Source of the DNA: Eledone cirrhosa
Lineage: Eukaryota
DNA length: 64,000 nucleotides
Assembly: GCA_964016885.1 (NCBI GenBank)
Contig: OZ024747.1
Span: forward strand, 73,966,001-74,030,000
Direction of reading: 5' to 3'
Under the pieces are notes generated by a model that made no database searches, was not told the DNA's origin, and saw only the letters and a program-made list of their open reading frames with translations. This document shows, one piece after another, positions 1-14,482 of the stretch. How positions within the stretch are numbered: position 1 is the first letter of the stretch; each line of letters opens with the position of its first letter. A program made the position numbers and the translations under genes.

Positions 1-823
1 GGATCTATTGATATGGTCATGTACAGAGCCTATATGTAAGGATCTATTGCTCTTGTCATGTACAGAGCCTATATGTAAGCATCTATTGCTGTTGTCATGT
101 ACAGAGCCTATATGTAAGGATCTATTGATGTGGTCATGTACAGAGCCTATATGTATGCATTTATTGCTGTTGTCATGTACAGAGCCTATATGTAAGGATC
201 TATTGCTGTTGTCATGTACAGAGCCTATATGTAAGGATCTATTGCTGTGGTCATGTACAGAGCCTATATGTAAGGATCTATTGCTCTTGTCATGTACAGA
301 GCCTATATGTAAGGATCTATTGATGTGGTCATGTACAGAGACTATATGTAAGGATCTATTGATGTGGTCATGTACAGAGCCTATATGTAGGGATCTATTG
401 CTGTTGTCATGTACAGAGCCTATATGTAAGGATCTATTGATGTGGTCATGTACAGAGACTAAATGTAAGGATCTATTGCTGTGGTCATGTACAGAGCCTA
501 TATGTAAGGATCTATTTCTGTGGTCATGTACAGAGCCTATATGTAAGGATCTATTGATTTTGTCATGTACAGAGTCTATATGTAAGGATCTATTGATGTG
601 GTCATGTACAGAGCCTATATGTAAGGATCTATTGCTGTTGTCATGTACAGAGTCTATATGTAAGGATCTATTGATGTTGTCATGCACAGAGCCTATATGT
701 AAGGATCTATTGATGTGATCATGTACAGTGCCTATATGTAAGGATCTATTGATGTGGTCATGTGCAGAGCCTATATGTAAGGATCTATTGATGTGGTCAT
801 GTAGAGAGTCTATATGTAAGGAT
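1..823. repeat. 39-bp minisatellite (~21 copies, runs off the left edge)
   Basis: The unit GGATCTATTGATGTGGTCATGTACAGAGCCTATATGTAA repeats head-to-tail with small variants. ORF 8..718 (WSCTEPICKDLLM)n is a by-product of the 13-codon period. Confidence 0.97.
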
Positions 824-1027
824 AGTCTAATCCCAAAGCAAGGAAGGCCCCATTGAAGATTTAATGAAAAAATATAAGTGTGGAAAATGCGCTCAACTGA
901 TTGTTAAAAATTATAATTGACAACGAGCTTCTAGAGAGAAATAGGACGAAAACTGAAGATCTTATCTGAATTTATTTCCGTATACATACATATGCATGTA
1001 GTCTCGGGAATAGGCTTCCTCACTGAA

Positions 1028-1217
1028 AATAATTGTTTCTACTTTTTTGGTACAAGGCCAGCAATCAACCAGTGCATTACTGGTACTTTGTTTCATCGAC
1101 CCCGTAAGGACGAAAGGCAAAGTTAACCTCGGTGGGATTTGAACTCAGAATAGCAAGGGCCGTAACTCTATGCATCAAAGCATGGTGTCCGACCCTCTAC
1201 CGGTACTGCCAATCAAC
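1028..1217 (-). mobile_element. tRNA-derived SINE, family A
   Basis: The minus strand has an A-box-like TGGCAGTACCGG and a B-box GAGTTCAAATCCC. The body ACCCCGTAAGGA(T/C)GAAAGGCAAAGTTAACCTCGG recurs more than 10 times in the window. Confidence 0.85.
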
Positions 1218-1855
1218 ATTATTCGGGCAAGAGTTCACATTTCAGCATCATTCCTTCATAGTGAACTTTTCAGCCGATCCTACTATATTATACACTGATT
1301 CTACAATGCTAATAAAACACTTTTCTATTATTTACTTCTTCCTTTAACATTATTTCGTAACGATAAAATCTATTATTTTATATCAAACTTTTCTGTCGCC
1401 GAACAACAACTTGTTGGTCACTGACCTTATTATTCAATATCTGTTAAAACCAATTACTGGCAATCTCTCATAGTGTACTGATTAACAGAATTGTCGATTA
1501 ATGATTTTTTTCATCTTTGTTTTCTGTTTCTTTATGTCTATTTCCATCTCATTCTTGTCCGACTGTTTTTTTCCCATGTTCATGTCTTTTATTTTCAAAG
1601 TGAACTTTCATGCCAACAAATACTTTCGTCCTACTCCCAGTCTTATTTCACGCCTTATTCAGAAGCTGCTGTGCTGGTAGTGCTGGGCGGGGTCGATATA
1701 ATATATGGATTTGTCATGTATTGAACACCTTTTTTTCATGTTTTCTTGTTGTTTTTTTTCTTTTAGAAAAGGGACGTAACTGTGCTGCAAAGAATGCCGT
1801 CCGACCCTCTACCAATACTGCCAATCCACCGCGCATGATATATATAGTAATAATA

Positions 1856-1927
<72 letters not shown>

Positions 1928-2225
1928 ATATATATATATATATACCATAAATCATGTCCTTAGAATTATTAGATAAAATATATACATTTCCTCTACTAAT
2001 TAGCATAATTAACCATATAAAAAATCAATTAGACCAGGCTATAAGAATAAAGGCTCCTATGAAGAAATATTTGATAAATAACCGAAAGCGGCCTCTTCGC
2101 GGTGACGCCAATAGAGTATTTATCCAACATTTCAACAGCATGTAGAAACTGACCAAATATACCGTCAACCATATACAATTAGGTGTAAATTTAAACTTAG
2201 AAGAAACGTGTACATACCGTAATTA

Positions 2226-2306
2226 CATCTTTACCATGGTTTCGTCCGTATTTTTATATATCCTATTGTTAGGATAAACCTAGAGTAACAGACTCTTCAG
2301 GAGACA
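2226..2306 (-). ncRNA. Type I hammerhead ribozyme motif with palindromic stem III
   Basis: The minus strand reads TGTCTC-CTGAAGA-GTCTGT...ACGGAC-GAAA-CCATGG-TA-AAGATG. The core is intact, stem II has 6 bp and stem I is imperfect. Confidence 0.7.
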
Positions 2307-2480
2307 AATTCAAGATTGGACAGTTAATTTTCCAAGGCGGTCGCGCCAAAAATAGATTCAAAAATGGCTAAGAATCGTGACGTGGCAGCGGTCAATTTAG
2401 AAAGAATGTGATTAGTTGCTTACGGCGGGTAGGCTGGTTGCTAGAAAGCTATAACCTCCTCCTATATATATATATATATA

Positions 2481-2861
<381 letters not shown>

Positions 2862-2929
2862 CTATTATTACTATATATATATATATATATATATATTATT
2901 ACTATATATATATATATATTTATTATTAT

Positions 2930-3020
<91 letters not shown>

Positions 3021-3170
3021 TATATATATGTGTGTGTGTGTGTTTACCTATTGATGTTTATGCATATATAATTGTATATCCATAAACGGATATATGTATA
3101 TATGTATATACTTATGCATCTATGAATGTATGTACGGATGTATGTATGCATGTATGTATTTATGCATATA

Positions 3171-3246
<76 letters not shown>

Positions 3247-3248
<2 letters not shown>

Positions 3249-3410
3249 AAATAAAGTTAAATAAAAAGTCAAATGATTAAAATTTAGCTTTGTTTATTAC
3301 TGCTATATATATTTCAGTGACAGCCAAAGATGGCTGTCACTGAAATATATATAGCAGAAATAAACGAAGCTAAATTTTAATCATTTGACTTTTTATTTAA
3401 CTTTATTTTA
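3247..3410. repeat. Fold-back inverted repeat (~79-bp arms, 6-nt loop) of an HHR-bearing element end
   Basis: The centre reads CAGTGACAGCC-AAAGAT-GGCTGTCACTG. Each arm continues GAAATATATATAGCAG, like the 3' half of the HHR at 52685-52740. Confidence 0.9.
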
Positions 3411-3515
3411 CACTACTCCGGAGTAACCAAACCAACCTGCGCACTTCCTCGAGTGCTCCAGCCTGCATACTGAGGTGTTGGTATACAACCAACATAAACT
3501 CAAAATCTCTCTCTA

Positions 3516-3629
<114 letters not shown>

Positions 3630-4349
3630 TGGATGCCTGAATATATATGTATGTAATGATTGTTTGAATATTCTCTCATTGTAAAATATAATGTATTGTC
3701 AGTTAATGGAAGAGCGCACTTGGAAACATAAATCCGATGAAAAGCTTAGTCTTCTTTCTTTTCTGAAACGTAATCCCACATTATCTCCTGACGTCTGGTT
3801 GTCACTGAAATACTGCAATGTCTCCTGGGGAGATGTGCTACAATATGATACAGATACTCGTAGCTTTAAACTGTCAAATGTTTTAAGAACTTGGGGATGT
3901 TTAGCAATGTCCATTCTGCGGACACAATTGGGGATAGAGGATGATAAATCCGGTTTAGCAGTTCCTTTCTTCGGTCATTTGGTGTCAGTCGCCCTGGAAC
4001 CTTCATAACGGTTTTTGTGGAATTTTTCTTATCTATACAGTATACTAATGTTATACGGCCATTTACTCCCACACACGCACACACACACATACACACACAC
4101 ACGCACACACACACATACACACATACACACATATATATATATATTTATATCTATATATATATTTATATATATATATATATATATGTGTGTGTGATAGATA
4201 ATCTTCTATATTTATATATGTATATACATATATTTACACATACACAGACACATACACACACACACATAAACACACACATATACATATATTTATATATATA
4301 TATGTGAGTCTGTGTGTCTGTGTGTCTGTGTGTGGTTATGTGTAAATAA

Positions 4350-4407
<58 letters not shown>

Positions 4408-5468
4408 GTATACATATACATAGAAGGTTATCCATGACGTTGCTGTTCAAGTGAACGAAGTATTACCCTATTCTAATAAAACATATATACGTGCGTCCGT
4501 GTGTGCGTGTGTGCGTGCGCCTGTGTTTGTGTGTGTGCCTGTGTCTGTGTGTGCCTCTGTGTGTATGTGTGTGTTTGTATCCCACAGATATCCAGAACAT
4601 ATAATAAATGACATATTCAGAGTAACAACACTGAACGTGTAGCTCTTTGTTAGTAAATAAAATTACTAAACGTTGAATAAGGATTCACTTCTTTAGGCAC
4701 CCTAACGTTTCTACTCGCAGCATAGAATTGATATCAAAGGTATACACTTTTCCTGCCATTCCAAAATCCTGTCCTTAGGAAGATTTATTAAGACTTTTGA
4801 AACCCACGATTATTCGGATAATTTATGTAGCTCGATATGTGGTAGAGGACAATATAGCATACTCATTTATCACAATCCCTTGCCAATACTCTCGCCATTC
4901 ATTATTTATCAACATTTAATCTTCATCTCTGACGGGGTTAAAATTATGCAGAAATACAGAGAAACACACACTCGCATATACATATGTTTACACTCACACA
5001 TACACACATACAGACACCAAGATACACAGACACCGACACACAGACACACGCGCATGTACTTATATGATTGTCTGTTGAAATATGCACACATATAATTGTA
5101 TATATATATTTATATATATATATATATACACACACACGCAACCAACAACACTCACTCATCGAGACACACACAAACACAGACGCACACGCACATATACTTA
5201 TGTGACTGTCTATTTAAATATGCATAGTTATAATTGTATATGCACACAATAACGCACACTCAGCGACTCACGCACACACACACACGAAGGCACACATACA
5301 AAAAGACACACACTCAATGACACACAGGCACAGACACACACCCATAAGCTTATGTGATTGTCTATTTAAATATGCACCGATATAATTGTATGCATGTGAA
5401 TGGTCGGAAATATGTGTGCATGGAAGCTCTATATTTTGTAGAATTCCTAAAACACGGATTTGGAATAC

Positions 5469-5548
<80 letters not shown>

Positions 5549-8083
5549 ATATATATGTGTGTGTCTGTATATCTTTGAATTTGATGTTATTATGCGCGTA
5601 TATTTATGAATCTGTATACAAATATGGATGCACATACATTCATACATTTCTATATAAATACAAACGGAATAAAGCACTCCTTCCTGACTGTAGTGGTGGT
5701 GTAGAAACATATCGTTATCTCTGTGCAGATGTGCGTAAATATCTATATAAATACAGCAGTGGAGATATTGACACATGCTGAGAAAGATATATTTCTATAA
5801 CGATATATTCTTCTGAAGAATACTTTCCATACGTATATTTATGAATACAGAGTACGACATAGATATATATATACCCATTGAGCCATTTCGATATCGCTAA
5901 TTCACTTAAAACAGGCACAGAGAAACACATAAATTATACATGATAATGTAAATATCACATATTGAACACGTGATAGCTCTCTCACTCTCCCTCTCTCTCC
6001 CTTTCTTTCTTTCTCACATTATACTCCTCTCTTTATTCTTTCTTTTCTCTTTTTTCTCCCTTTTTTCTCTCCCTGACTCTCTCTCTCTCACTCTATCACT
6101 CTTTCTCCCTCTCGCTTTATACATATATGTGCGTTTATGTATATATGTATGTGTATCTAAGTATATTAGTGTGTGTAAATTACAATATTGTATTGTAATT
6201 TATGTCCAAGGCCAGCAAATTAGAAAACGACAATTAGAAAACAGCAATGTTGATAAAATCAACGCCAGCTCTTGATTGATAACTTATTCCATCGACTCAG
6301 GAAGGATGAAAGACAAATTCCACTCAGGCGAGTTTAAATATGAAAGCCAGATCATATGCATCAATTATATTTTATCCGAAACTCAGCTAGTTCCGAGATC
6401 TATCTAAACTCTTTGTCTCTCCTTTTGGCATAAAACCAGCAATTTGTAGGGTAGGGGAAAGTCGAGTAAATGGACCCAAAAGCGTAACTGGTACTTTATT
6501 TTATTGAATTCTTAAGAAGAAACGATGGAGCTAACAAAGCAGTTCTGATACACCTACATTTTTGAGAAATACACATTTCATCAAACGAGAAAAAACGAAG
6601 GACAACTTTGAGCGTGGAACCGAAAGGTATGTTAACAAGGCTCACGTGACATTTTGGTAAACACGCTATAGATTCAGGGATACATGGCCATTCAATAAAA
6701 GAGTAAAGAGGATAAAATACATTCAATAGTAATGCTTTAGGTTTATTAACCAAGCAGATATGTTAAAGAGTTCCAAGCATGACTACTACGCCTATTTTCA
6801 GTCAGTGTGTCACGAATATCACGTTAATCAAATTCGTCTTTCCTTTCTATAAGTAAGATGTTAGGAAGAGATATAATGGAGATTGGCTGCCATTTATAGC
6901 AAGTGGATTTATCAACTAGATTCACGCTCAGGAATTTCTAATAATATTACTAGGAATCCGACATTAGACCATGCTCGCACATTTTAGAGGATGGAAAATT
7001 AATTTGCAGACTAAGGATAGATAAATGGCAACGCTGACCTCGGCCTGGTGATACCAATGGATAAATGTATTTCGAAAGGTAATTCCTCAAAGAGTGCTAA
7101 GTCCTAGCAACAACTGAAGGTATATCTAATTATTTACCAATGCCATGCTGTAACAGTGTTTATATCATTCTTCAAAGTTTCTACAATGTAATGCTCCTTG
7201 TAAAATTTCAACCAACATTTTATAAATAAATTGCACACGTCTAACCATGTAATACTTAACGATATATTATTCCTAACGGACTGTATTGTTAAGCGTATAT
7301 ATATATATACATTTACATATGAATGTGTATACATTCATATTTATATATATATATATATATATACATAGAAAGACAGACACACACGCATACATACATACAC
7401 ACACACACACAGACACATATATATATATATATATATATATGAATGTGTCAGTGTGAGAGAGTGTATAAAGGAATCTTTTCCTATGTATATTCTTCTTGTT
7501 GTTTGGAAAATATCGCAAGAAAAATATGAAGCATTAAGATAAGATATATCTGCAAATACTATTTATCAGCTATCAGTGGTGTGTCATCTGGGAAATATAG
7601 GACTTTAATTAGAAAAACACATATTTGCCATGTCCTCTAGAGTGCATAACTATTGGTGCTTCAACTTTTCATCATAACTATTTTTCTTGTTCAAATTTAC
7701 ATTGATATCAATATCTCGTTTGGCTTATATTATCAGGCAGTTCGATCAATATTATTCAAAGTGATATAGTCGTTTTATTTCATAGAAAACCTATACATAA
7801 TCACCATCTAAACAATCTCAGTTCTAAAACACATTTAGTAATTTCCTTCTTAAAAAAGGTCTTCGAAATCTATGGAATTTTTCATATATAAAGCCTAAAT
7901 GATGTTGAGTGTATTGACTCAACTTATAAATTCATTAATTATTAAATTAGCTTTTGATTATTTGAAGATATTTATTCATAAATTATCGTGATTTCAATTT
8001 TCCTTTGTATATATATATATATATATTGTTATATTTGGGGAGGGTCATATTGTTGTAATATTATTGCCAGAAAATCATCGCCG

Positions 8084-8139
<56 letters not shown>

Positions 8140-8145
<6 letters not shown>

Positions 8146-8396
8146 GTTTGTATATGTATAATAAAGCCAAAACAATGCAGGTATGGACATAGAATAAAGA
8201 ATGCAAATGCAAAAGATATTGTTGACAATTAGTCTTTTACCTTAAATAAATCTAAGGTAAAAGACTAATTGGCAACAATACCTTTTGCATTTGCATTCTT
8301 TATTCTATGTCCATACCTGCATTGTTTTGGCTTTATTATACATATACAAACGTTTATACCTCATTACACAATGCTTCAAGTGAACTATAACTTCCT

Positions 8397-8398
<2 letters not shown>
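8140..8398. repeat. Fold-back inverted repeat (~105-bp arms, 8140-8357) in an element between (TA)n tracts
   Basis: Arms TAAACGTTTG...CCTTA / TAAGG...CAAACGTTTA with loop AATAAATC. Same family as 2481-2754. Confidence 0.9.
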
Positions 8399-8459
<61 letters not shown>

Positions 8460-9399
8460 TATATACACACACATACATACATGCATTCATACATTCATTC
8501 ATACATAAGCACATACATATATATATATATATATGAGTGTGTATGTGTGTGAGTATGTGAGTGTGTGAGTGTGTGTGTGTGTTAGTTAGGTGTGTAACTT
8601 CAGTTAGAGATGGCTCGATGTTCGAAGCACTAAATACTGTTACGACATCCTTCTGCTGTTGGGTTGTATAGATATCCAAACAATTGTAATATGACAATAT
8701 GAATTGGTCGGTCTATTCAACTATAGCCATTCTTGTGATCAGAGAATACATTTAAATTATTAATCTTGATTAACGTGGTTGTTTATTGACTGTAACATAA
8801 TCGCAAATCTTATTTACATACCACGTAAATTAACTCATTTTTTAATTGCCTTCTCTTTAACTTGAATGTTTCTCACAATTTCCAGTAATTAAGGTTGACA
8901 AAGATGGTCAGTTAGAATTATGGAAGTAAAAACAACACAGAGTAAGTGATGCGCAGAGATAAAAGTTTGGGTTCGTATTAGCTATAACGAGACGAACGAA
9001 AGATATTGTCACAGATTGTTCAGCTCAAATGCTGGGCATTTAATTTTATGCCTATTTTGGCCTTGGAATGTAATTTTCCGTAATTTCTGTTTAGTGTTCG
9101 TCTTTTAAAATACTTCAGGACAGTTTTTAACAACCGTGTTTGACACCGTGACTCCATATGGACCAGCAATACCATAGTGAGGGGTAAAGAATGTGTACAT
9201 CTATTTCGAGGCCCGTAGATCCCGTAGAATGTATACCTGTTGCCAGTGTTTTAATATAACATGTGACTCATGAATCTACCCCTTCTCTCTTTTGTTATGT
9301 TGGTCCGTATTTTAGTAAAACAATTCTACTACAAGACTCTGTCCTCTCATTCCTTCTTATCAGCGTTTGTCACACCATCCTCTTGTGACTAATAACAAG

Positions 9400-9602
9400 A
9401 CTCCCCGGAGAGAGGACGCCAGTCCTCCATAGCATTATACCCCCTAGCAATAGCTGGTACTCATTTTCAACTGACTATAATGGACTAACGTGAAATGAAG
9501 TGTTTTCTTCAAGAACACAATAGCCAATCCATCCAAAAAATCAGACATACGACATTATGATCGAAAGTCCATCACATTTACCATTAGAGACCGCACCTTC
9601 AC
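9400..9602 (-). mobile_element. tRNA-derived SINE, family B (diverged)
   Basis: Shares GCTGGTACTCATTTTCA...CGTGAAATGAAGTGTTTT...CAAGAACACAA with 57050-57295 and 45675-45950. Confidence 0.7.
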
Positions 9603-10468
9603 TTCATTATTTACTTGCCATTTTTAGTAAGTTTAATATGTTTTCTATCACAACGTCACTCAATTCGGGAAGGTTTCTTGTGAAAAGAAATCGACATTTA
9701 CGATATTATTGTTACACAATTATTTGAACTCACAATAATTGAAAGAAGTACTAACGTTTCAATTCTATTAAGAAATGAAAAGAAAGACAAATACTTTTTG
9801 TAAGTATATTGTTCATCACTCACCATCTTTATACATATAAATCCCGTGTAAAACACTCTGTCTTATAATCCTTTTGATAAACCCAGTTTAGACCCGATGG
9901 CTGGTTTAAACTTTACAAGTTATTAGAAGTTATTAGTGGCCTTAATCCTACGGCACTTAAATGCAAGTCATTATTTAGCAGATATATCTATATAACATCA
10001 GCTATTTCTAACCGCATCCGCCATGTTAATTATCTATCAGGAAAACAATGTTATGTTGCCGACTTAAGTAAATGTCTATAAACATAATTCTCTTTCAAAG
10101 AGAAGATAATAATACAAAGAATGGAGCCATATCTATTCTAAGAAAACTTCAAGAATCTGTTTACTGTTCTCGTCAAATTTACATATCTCATTTGGTGTAG
10201 TATTGCACTTCGAGTAGTCTACTCGTTTCCAATAGATAAATTCATTTCATTATGTATTGATTTACATATGAAATAATAATTCTCTTGAAACTAATTATTT
10301 ATTAGTTAAGCAAGCACTAATCAAACGACGATAAATGCGATGAAATCTATTATGATTCACTGGAACAGAGTATAGTAGAAGTAGACTATCATGTATTTCC
10401 CTACTGTATCAATTATATATATAGATAATATATAGTCACTTATGTAATCGAATGTTATTATTCTTATA

Positions 10469-10547
<79 letters not shown>

Positions 10548-10556
10548 ATATATATT

Positions 10557-10680
10557 TAGGTGCGTGTCTTGCTGAGATTCTCAGTTTGCTGCCGGTTGGT
10601 TTTACCCTTAAAATCTTTCCAGCGATTCTTTCTTGGAGCATTCTAACCACGTGCCCATCCTTTCGGAGCTTCGTATGAAG
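10557..10680 (-). mobile_element. RTE-like LINE C-terminal fragment
   Basis: The minus strand translates GHVVRMLQERIAGKILRVKPTG, resembling the GHVxRM motif of RTE ORF ends. Homologous to 17430-17660. Confidence 0.55.
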
Positions 10681-11327
10681 TATTTGTGATTTCATATTAG
10701 TATTTTTGTAATATATACTAACTATAAGTTTTAGCTAGGATCAAAGCATACTATACTTTGTTTTATGAAATTTTCTGACGTGTTCAGCCATTCAATACAG
10801 GGTGTGCTTTTGGTCCGTGTGGTATGAGAAGTGCTGAACTTACCTATAAACTAGATTAATTATATCGCATAGAGCCACACACACTTGGGTGTCTCATTTA
10901 TAAAAAGTATTTTTTATTGTATCATTAGCTTTTAATTTTTAACACTATATCATCAAAAGGTTAGGGCCTCAAATTTCATATAGCTTAGGGCGTCGACAGG
11001 CGAACCTCTGCACGTGGGTACAAGTCATGTGTGGTTTGTTTATTTTTCTCGGTGTTGATACTGTTGTATCAGCGTGACTAAATGTATTCTTCTATTGATC
11101 TAAGGCGTGGTCTATTAATGTATTTGGATTTCCGTTGGGAACTAATGTTTGTTTAACAGGCGAGACTTCTTTGTTTAAATCATCTTTACTGCATCAGAAA
11201 TTAACCGCTAGAATAACGGGTATTTTCTTGATAGTCATTTTGTATGAAGATTTCGAAACGTCAATATACGAATGTATTTAGAAAAACTAATAACAATATA
11301 GGTAAACAATTTAATGGTCAAACTGGA

Positions 11328-11361
<34 letters not shown>

Positions 11362-11447
11362 GATAAAAAGTTATCGTTATAGGTAATCCAGTTAGAGGTC
11401 CTTAGTACTCTGCGTCGTGGATAGTTTTAACGTACGGTTTTTATTAC

Positions 11448-11479
<32 letters not shown>

Positions 11480-11570
11480 GTAATAATAATAAATTTGAAG
11501 ACTAGAATCCAAAGAGGGCTCGATAAGGATAAATATATATCAAATATGTAGGAAGCGTAGAGCAAATATT

Positions 11571-11689
11571 TATTGAAATATCAGATTAAAGTTTAAGCAA
11601 AGAATCGGTACTTTCACCCATAACGGGATCTTCATAAGATCCCGTTATGGATGAAAGCAGTGATTCTTTGCTTAAACTTTAATCTGTTA

Positions 11690-11697
<8 letters not shown>
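11571..11697. repeat. Fold-back inverted repeat (~62-bp arms) with apex in a hammerhead-like core
   Basis: The centre is GGGATCTT-CAT-AAGATCCC. The left arm on the minus strand reads TGAAGA-TCCC-GTTAT-GGGT-GAAA-GTAC. Same family as 20680-20750. Confidence 0.85.
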
Positions 11698-11738
<41 letters not shown>

Positions 11739-12349
11739 AGTTGAAACAGTGGCATGTGCAAATACTCCAGTTTAACGCCGACTCAATCAGTCTGATAGAT
11801 TGTGATGGTGTACCTCAGAGGAAGATGTATATATATATTATATATATATATATGTGTGTGTGTGCTTGTAGTTCTCTCCCTTTTTTGCGGTAGAAATAAT
11901 TTTCCACGATGAAATAGTAGTACCACTAATATAAAATGAAATTTTTATTTTGAAAATGTGATCAATGATTATTACTGAAATATAAATCTCATTGGAAAAT
12001 TATAAAACTTACTCTATTTTGAAATTATCAACGTGGAACGGCTTAGAATATATTGATGTCTATCACATCATCAGATATTTGAGTTAAGCAGCCAAGTGTA
12101 TCACTGGATAATTTCCACTTGATTCGTTTGTAGGGTACAATGATGCGACAATGATTATAGTGATGAAACCATAAAGTGTAACGGAAAAGTCTTTAAATTA
12201 TCTACACACTATTTGCAATATTATATATTTCAAACATTGCATAGCAATGCGTCGCTGATATCCAAGCAGAGAACACACACAGGTATAAGGCAGGCACACA
12301 CCAACGTGCATACATACATATTATATAACAACCACACATAGACACAGGT

Positions 12350-12452
<103 letters not shown>

Positions 12453-12849
12453 TGTATATATTCAGATATCATTAGAGAAACATATATTATTCTGTACATA
12501 TATATCCTGTTGGATACACTAAGTTTTCAGCGCAATTTCTTGGTGTTGGCGCTACCGAACACTAACTGTGAAACTCAGCTTATCAGTGACGTTGTAAATT
12601 TCAGCTCCGAGGAAATATATGTATTTATTAACAGCATGCACTCTATGTAATCATCTTTCCATTACACAATGTACTAAGGAATTATTATCGTTACCTAACG
12701 ATTTGTCAATTATAAAACAGCAAATCTGTTGATTAACTGGGTCTTTTTCTCACTTGTACTTCTAACCACATATAACCACATCCGCACCCTATTCGTATAT
12801 AAAAATACAAGCACCAACACAAAACTTCAAAGACACACACACACACACA

Positions 12850-12883
<34 letters not shown>

Positions 12884-13979
12884 TGCAAGCATGTGTATGT
12901 ACACATCTGTTTGTGTGTCTGTATGTGTGTATATATGTATTTATTTATGTGTGTATGTTAAAAGATAAGGACTTTTAGAGAATTGATCCATCAGGCATTA
13001 TTGTCATGGAAACTGGGATAGTGTTATCTGTGGTATAAAAGTTTAGCAATTACTTTTGAAAGCTGCTTTCTTTAGAGATTACCGATCATTACTAATATCT
13101 TGTGATTTACACACATTCCTCCCATAACAAAATGTGTTGCTATTTTCTAATGAAGACAAGGCGATGGCGAAAGTCTTGGTAAGATAAACATGCTTGAGCG
13201 AACAGACAATCAAAGCAAACCATACATTTTATTTTATCAAATAAACACAGTTATAATCTTTCTCAAGGGTTGAGATTAAGAACGTGGAATAAATTGAAAA
13301 TATCCATAGGTTTGAATAAAAAAAATATAAATTCAAATATGAAAGAATAAATAAATATTTTCATTGCCTACTATCTTCCAGAGAATTGAATATATCTCAC
13401 AATTACATTAAGTAGTATATTGAAGATATCTGCTCTACATTACGGACAACCCGCTGGAAAACTACCACTCTAAGTTGCTGATTGGGCTGAAAAATTGGAC
13501 ACATCTTAATTACCGCTAATTAGGTAAATCCACCTGGAAAATTGATAAAGGTGACAAGCCAGATGTTAAGAATGTGTAAAATGAAATTGAAATTGAATTC
13601 AAAATGGGGATTAGAAGCTTTCTCTTAATTAAAACATTCGTGATATGGGGAAGTACATTGCAAATGAATTCCTGGAAACAACAGATGAGAATCTTAGCTA
13701 GAGGACATGAAAAGTTCGTAGTGTGACCAAGATACTCTTATGGACTGACTAAACGTGGTTTATTTTTCAACAATAATCAATTAATCAATTAATCTCAGGG
13801 TTTGAAAAATGCCCCACCCTCCCGCTATTTAATTTTTCATATTTATCCCCCCCCCCCCCCTCCGGCTTTTATTCCACGATCACCCAACATGTCACACCAC
13901 GATTATTAGATTCCGCTAATCTATCTCCGGCGACATTTTATTGTAAGTGATTCATTTCGATACAACACCTGGAGAAATT

Positions 13980-14100
13980 AATAATTGTTTCTACTATTGG
14001 CACAAGGCCAGCAATAACCCAGTGCATTACTGGTACTTTATTTTATCGACCCCGTAAGGATGAAAGACAAAGTCAACCTCGGCGGGATTTGAACTCAGAA
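13980..14100 (-). mobile_element. SINE family A, head-truncated
   Basis: Matches 1028-1150 up to GGGATTTGAACTCAGAA. Confidence 0.85.
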
Positions 14101-14449
14101 TAATAATTTCATTTTAAATTTCAAAAACAAATATTATATATGACAAAAAAGAACATCAAAATTACCGTCGCTTATAAAAAATTATAGAATTACCGTCGTT
14201 TATAAAAAAAACTTCGATATGAGATAAACATAAGATGTACATAAATTGTAGCACATATACAAACAGATGGGTGTTTTGGTAGAATATGATTACTGCAGGG
14301 GCCCTGCCACCCCCCACCAAGTTCCGCCGACCCTGATATATATATGTGTGTGTGTGTTTGTAGGAGGGGGGGGGGGTTATAGAAGTCATGTCTTTTCTCT
14401 ACTAAAGTATTGTGTATGTGTGTGTTAGAGAAACAGAGAGAGAGAGAGT

Positions 14450-14482
<33 letters not shown>

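Noticed and set aside
1-823. Regular repeat array as a CRISPR candidate
   Set aside because: The units are contiguous with no unique spacers, there are no cas genes, and the context is eukaryotic.
1954-2145. ORF faintly resembling a GIY-YIG remnant
   Set aside because: The motifs are not actually present, and it is on the opposite strand to the nearby HHR.
3691-4132. Overlapping 70-105 aa ORFs in a unique-looking island
   Set aside because: No recognisable domain and no consistent frame or splice signals, so it cannot be supported as an exon.
5050-5400. Three spaced copies of CTTAT(A/G)TGA(T/C)TGTCT...AAATATGCA...TATAATTGTAT
   Set aside because: A degenerate local tandem duplication within (CA)-rich sequence, with no sign of function.
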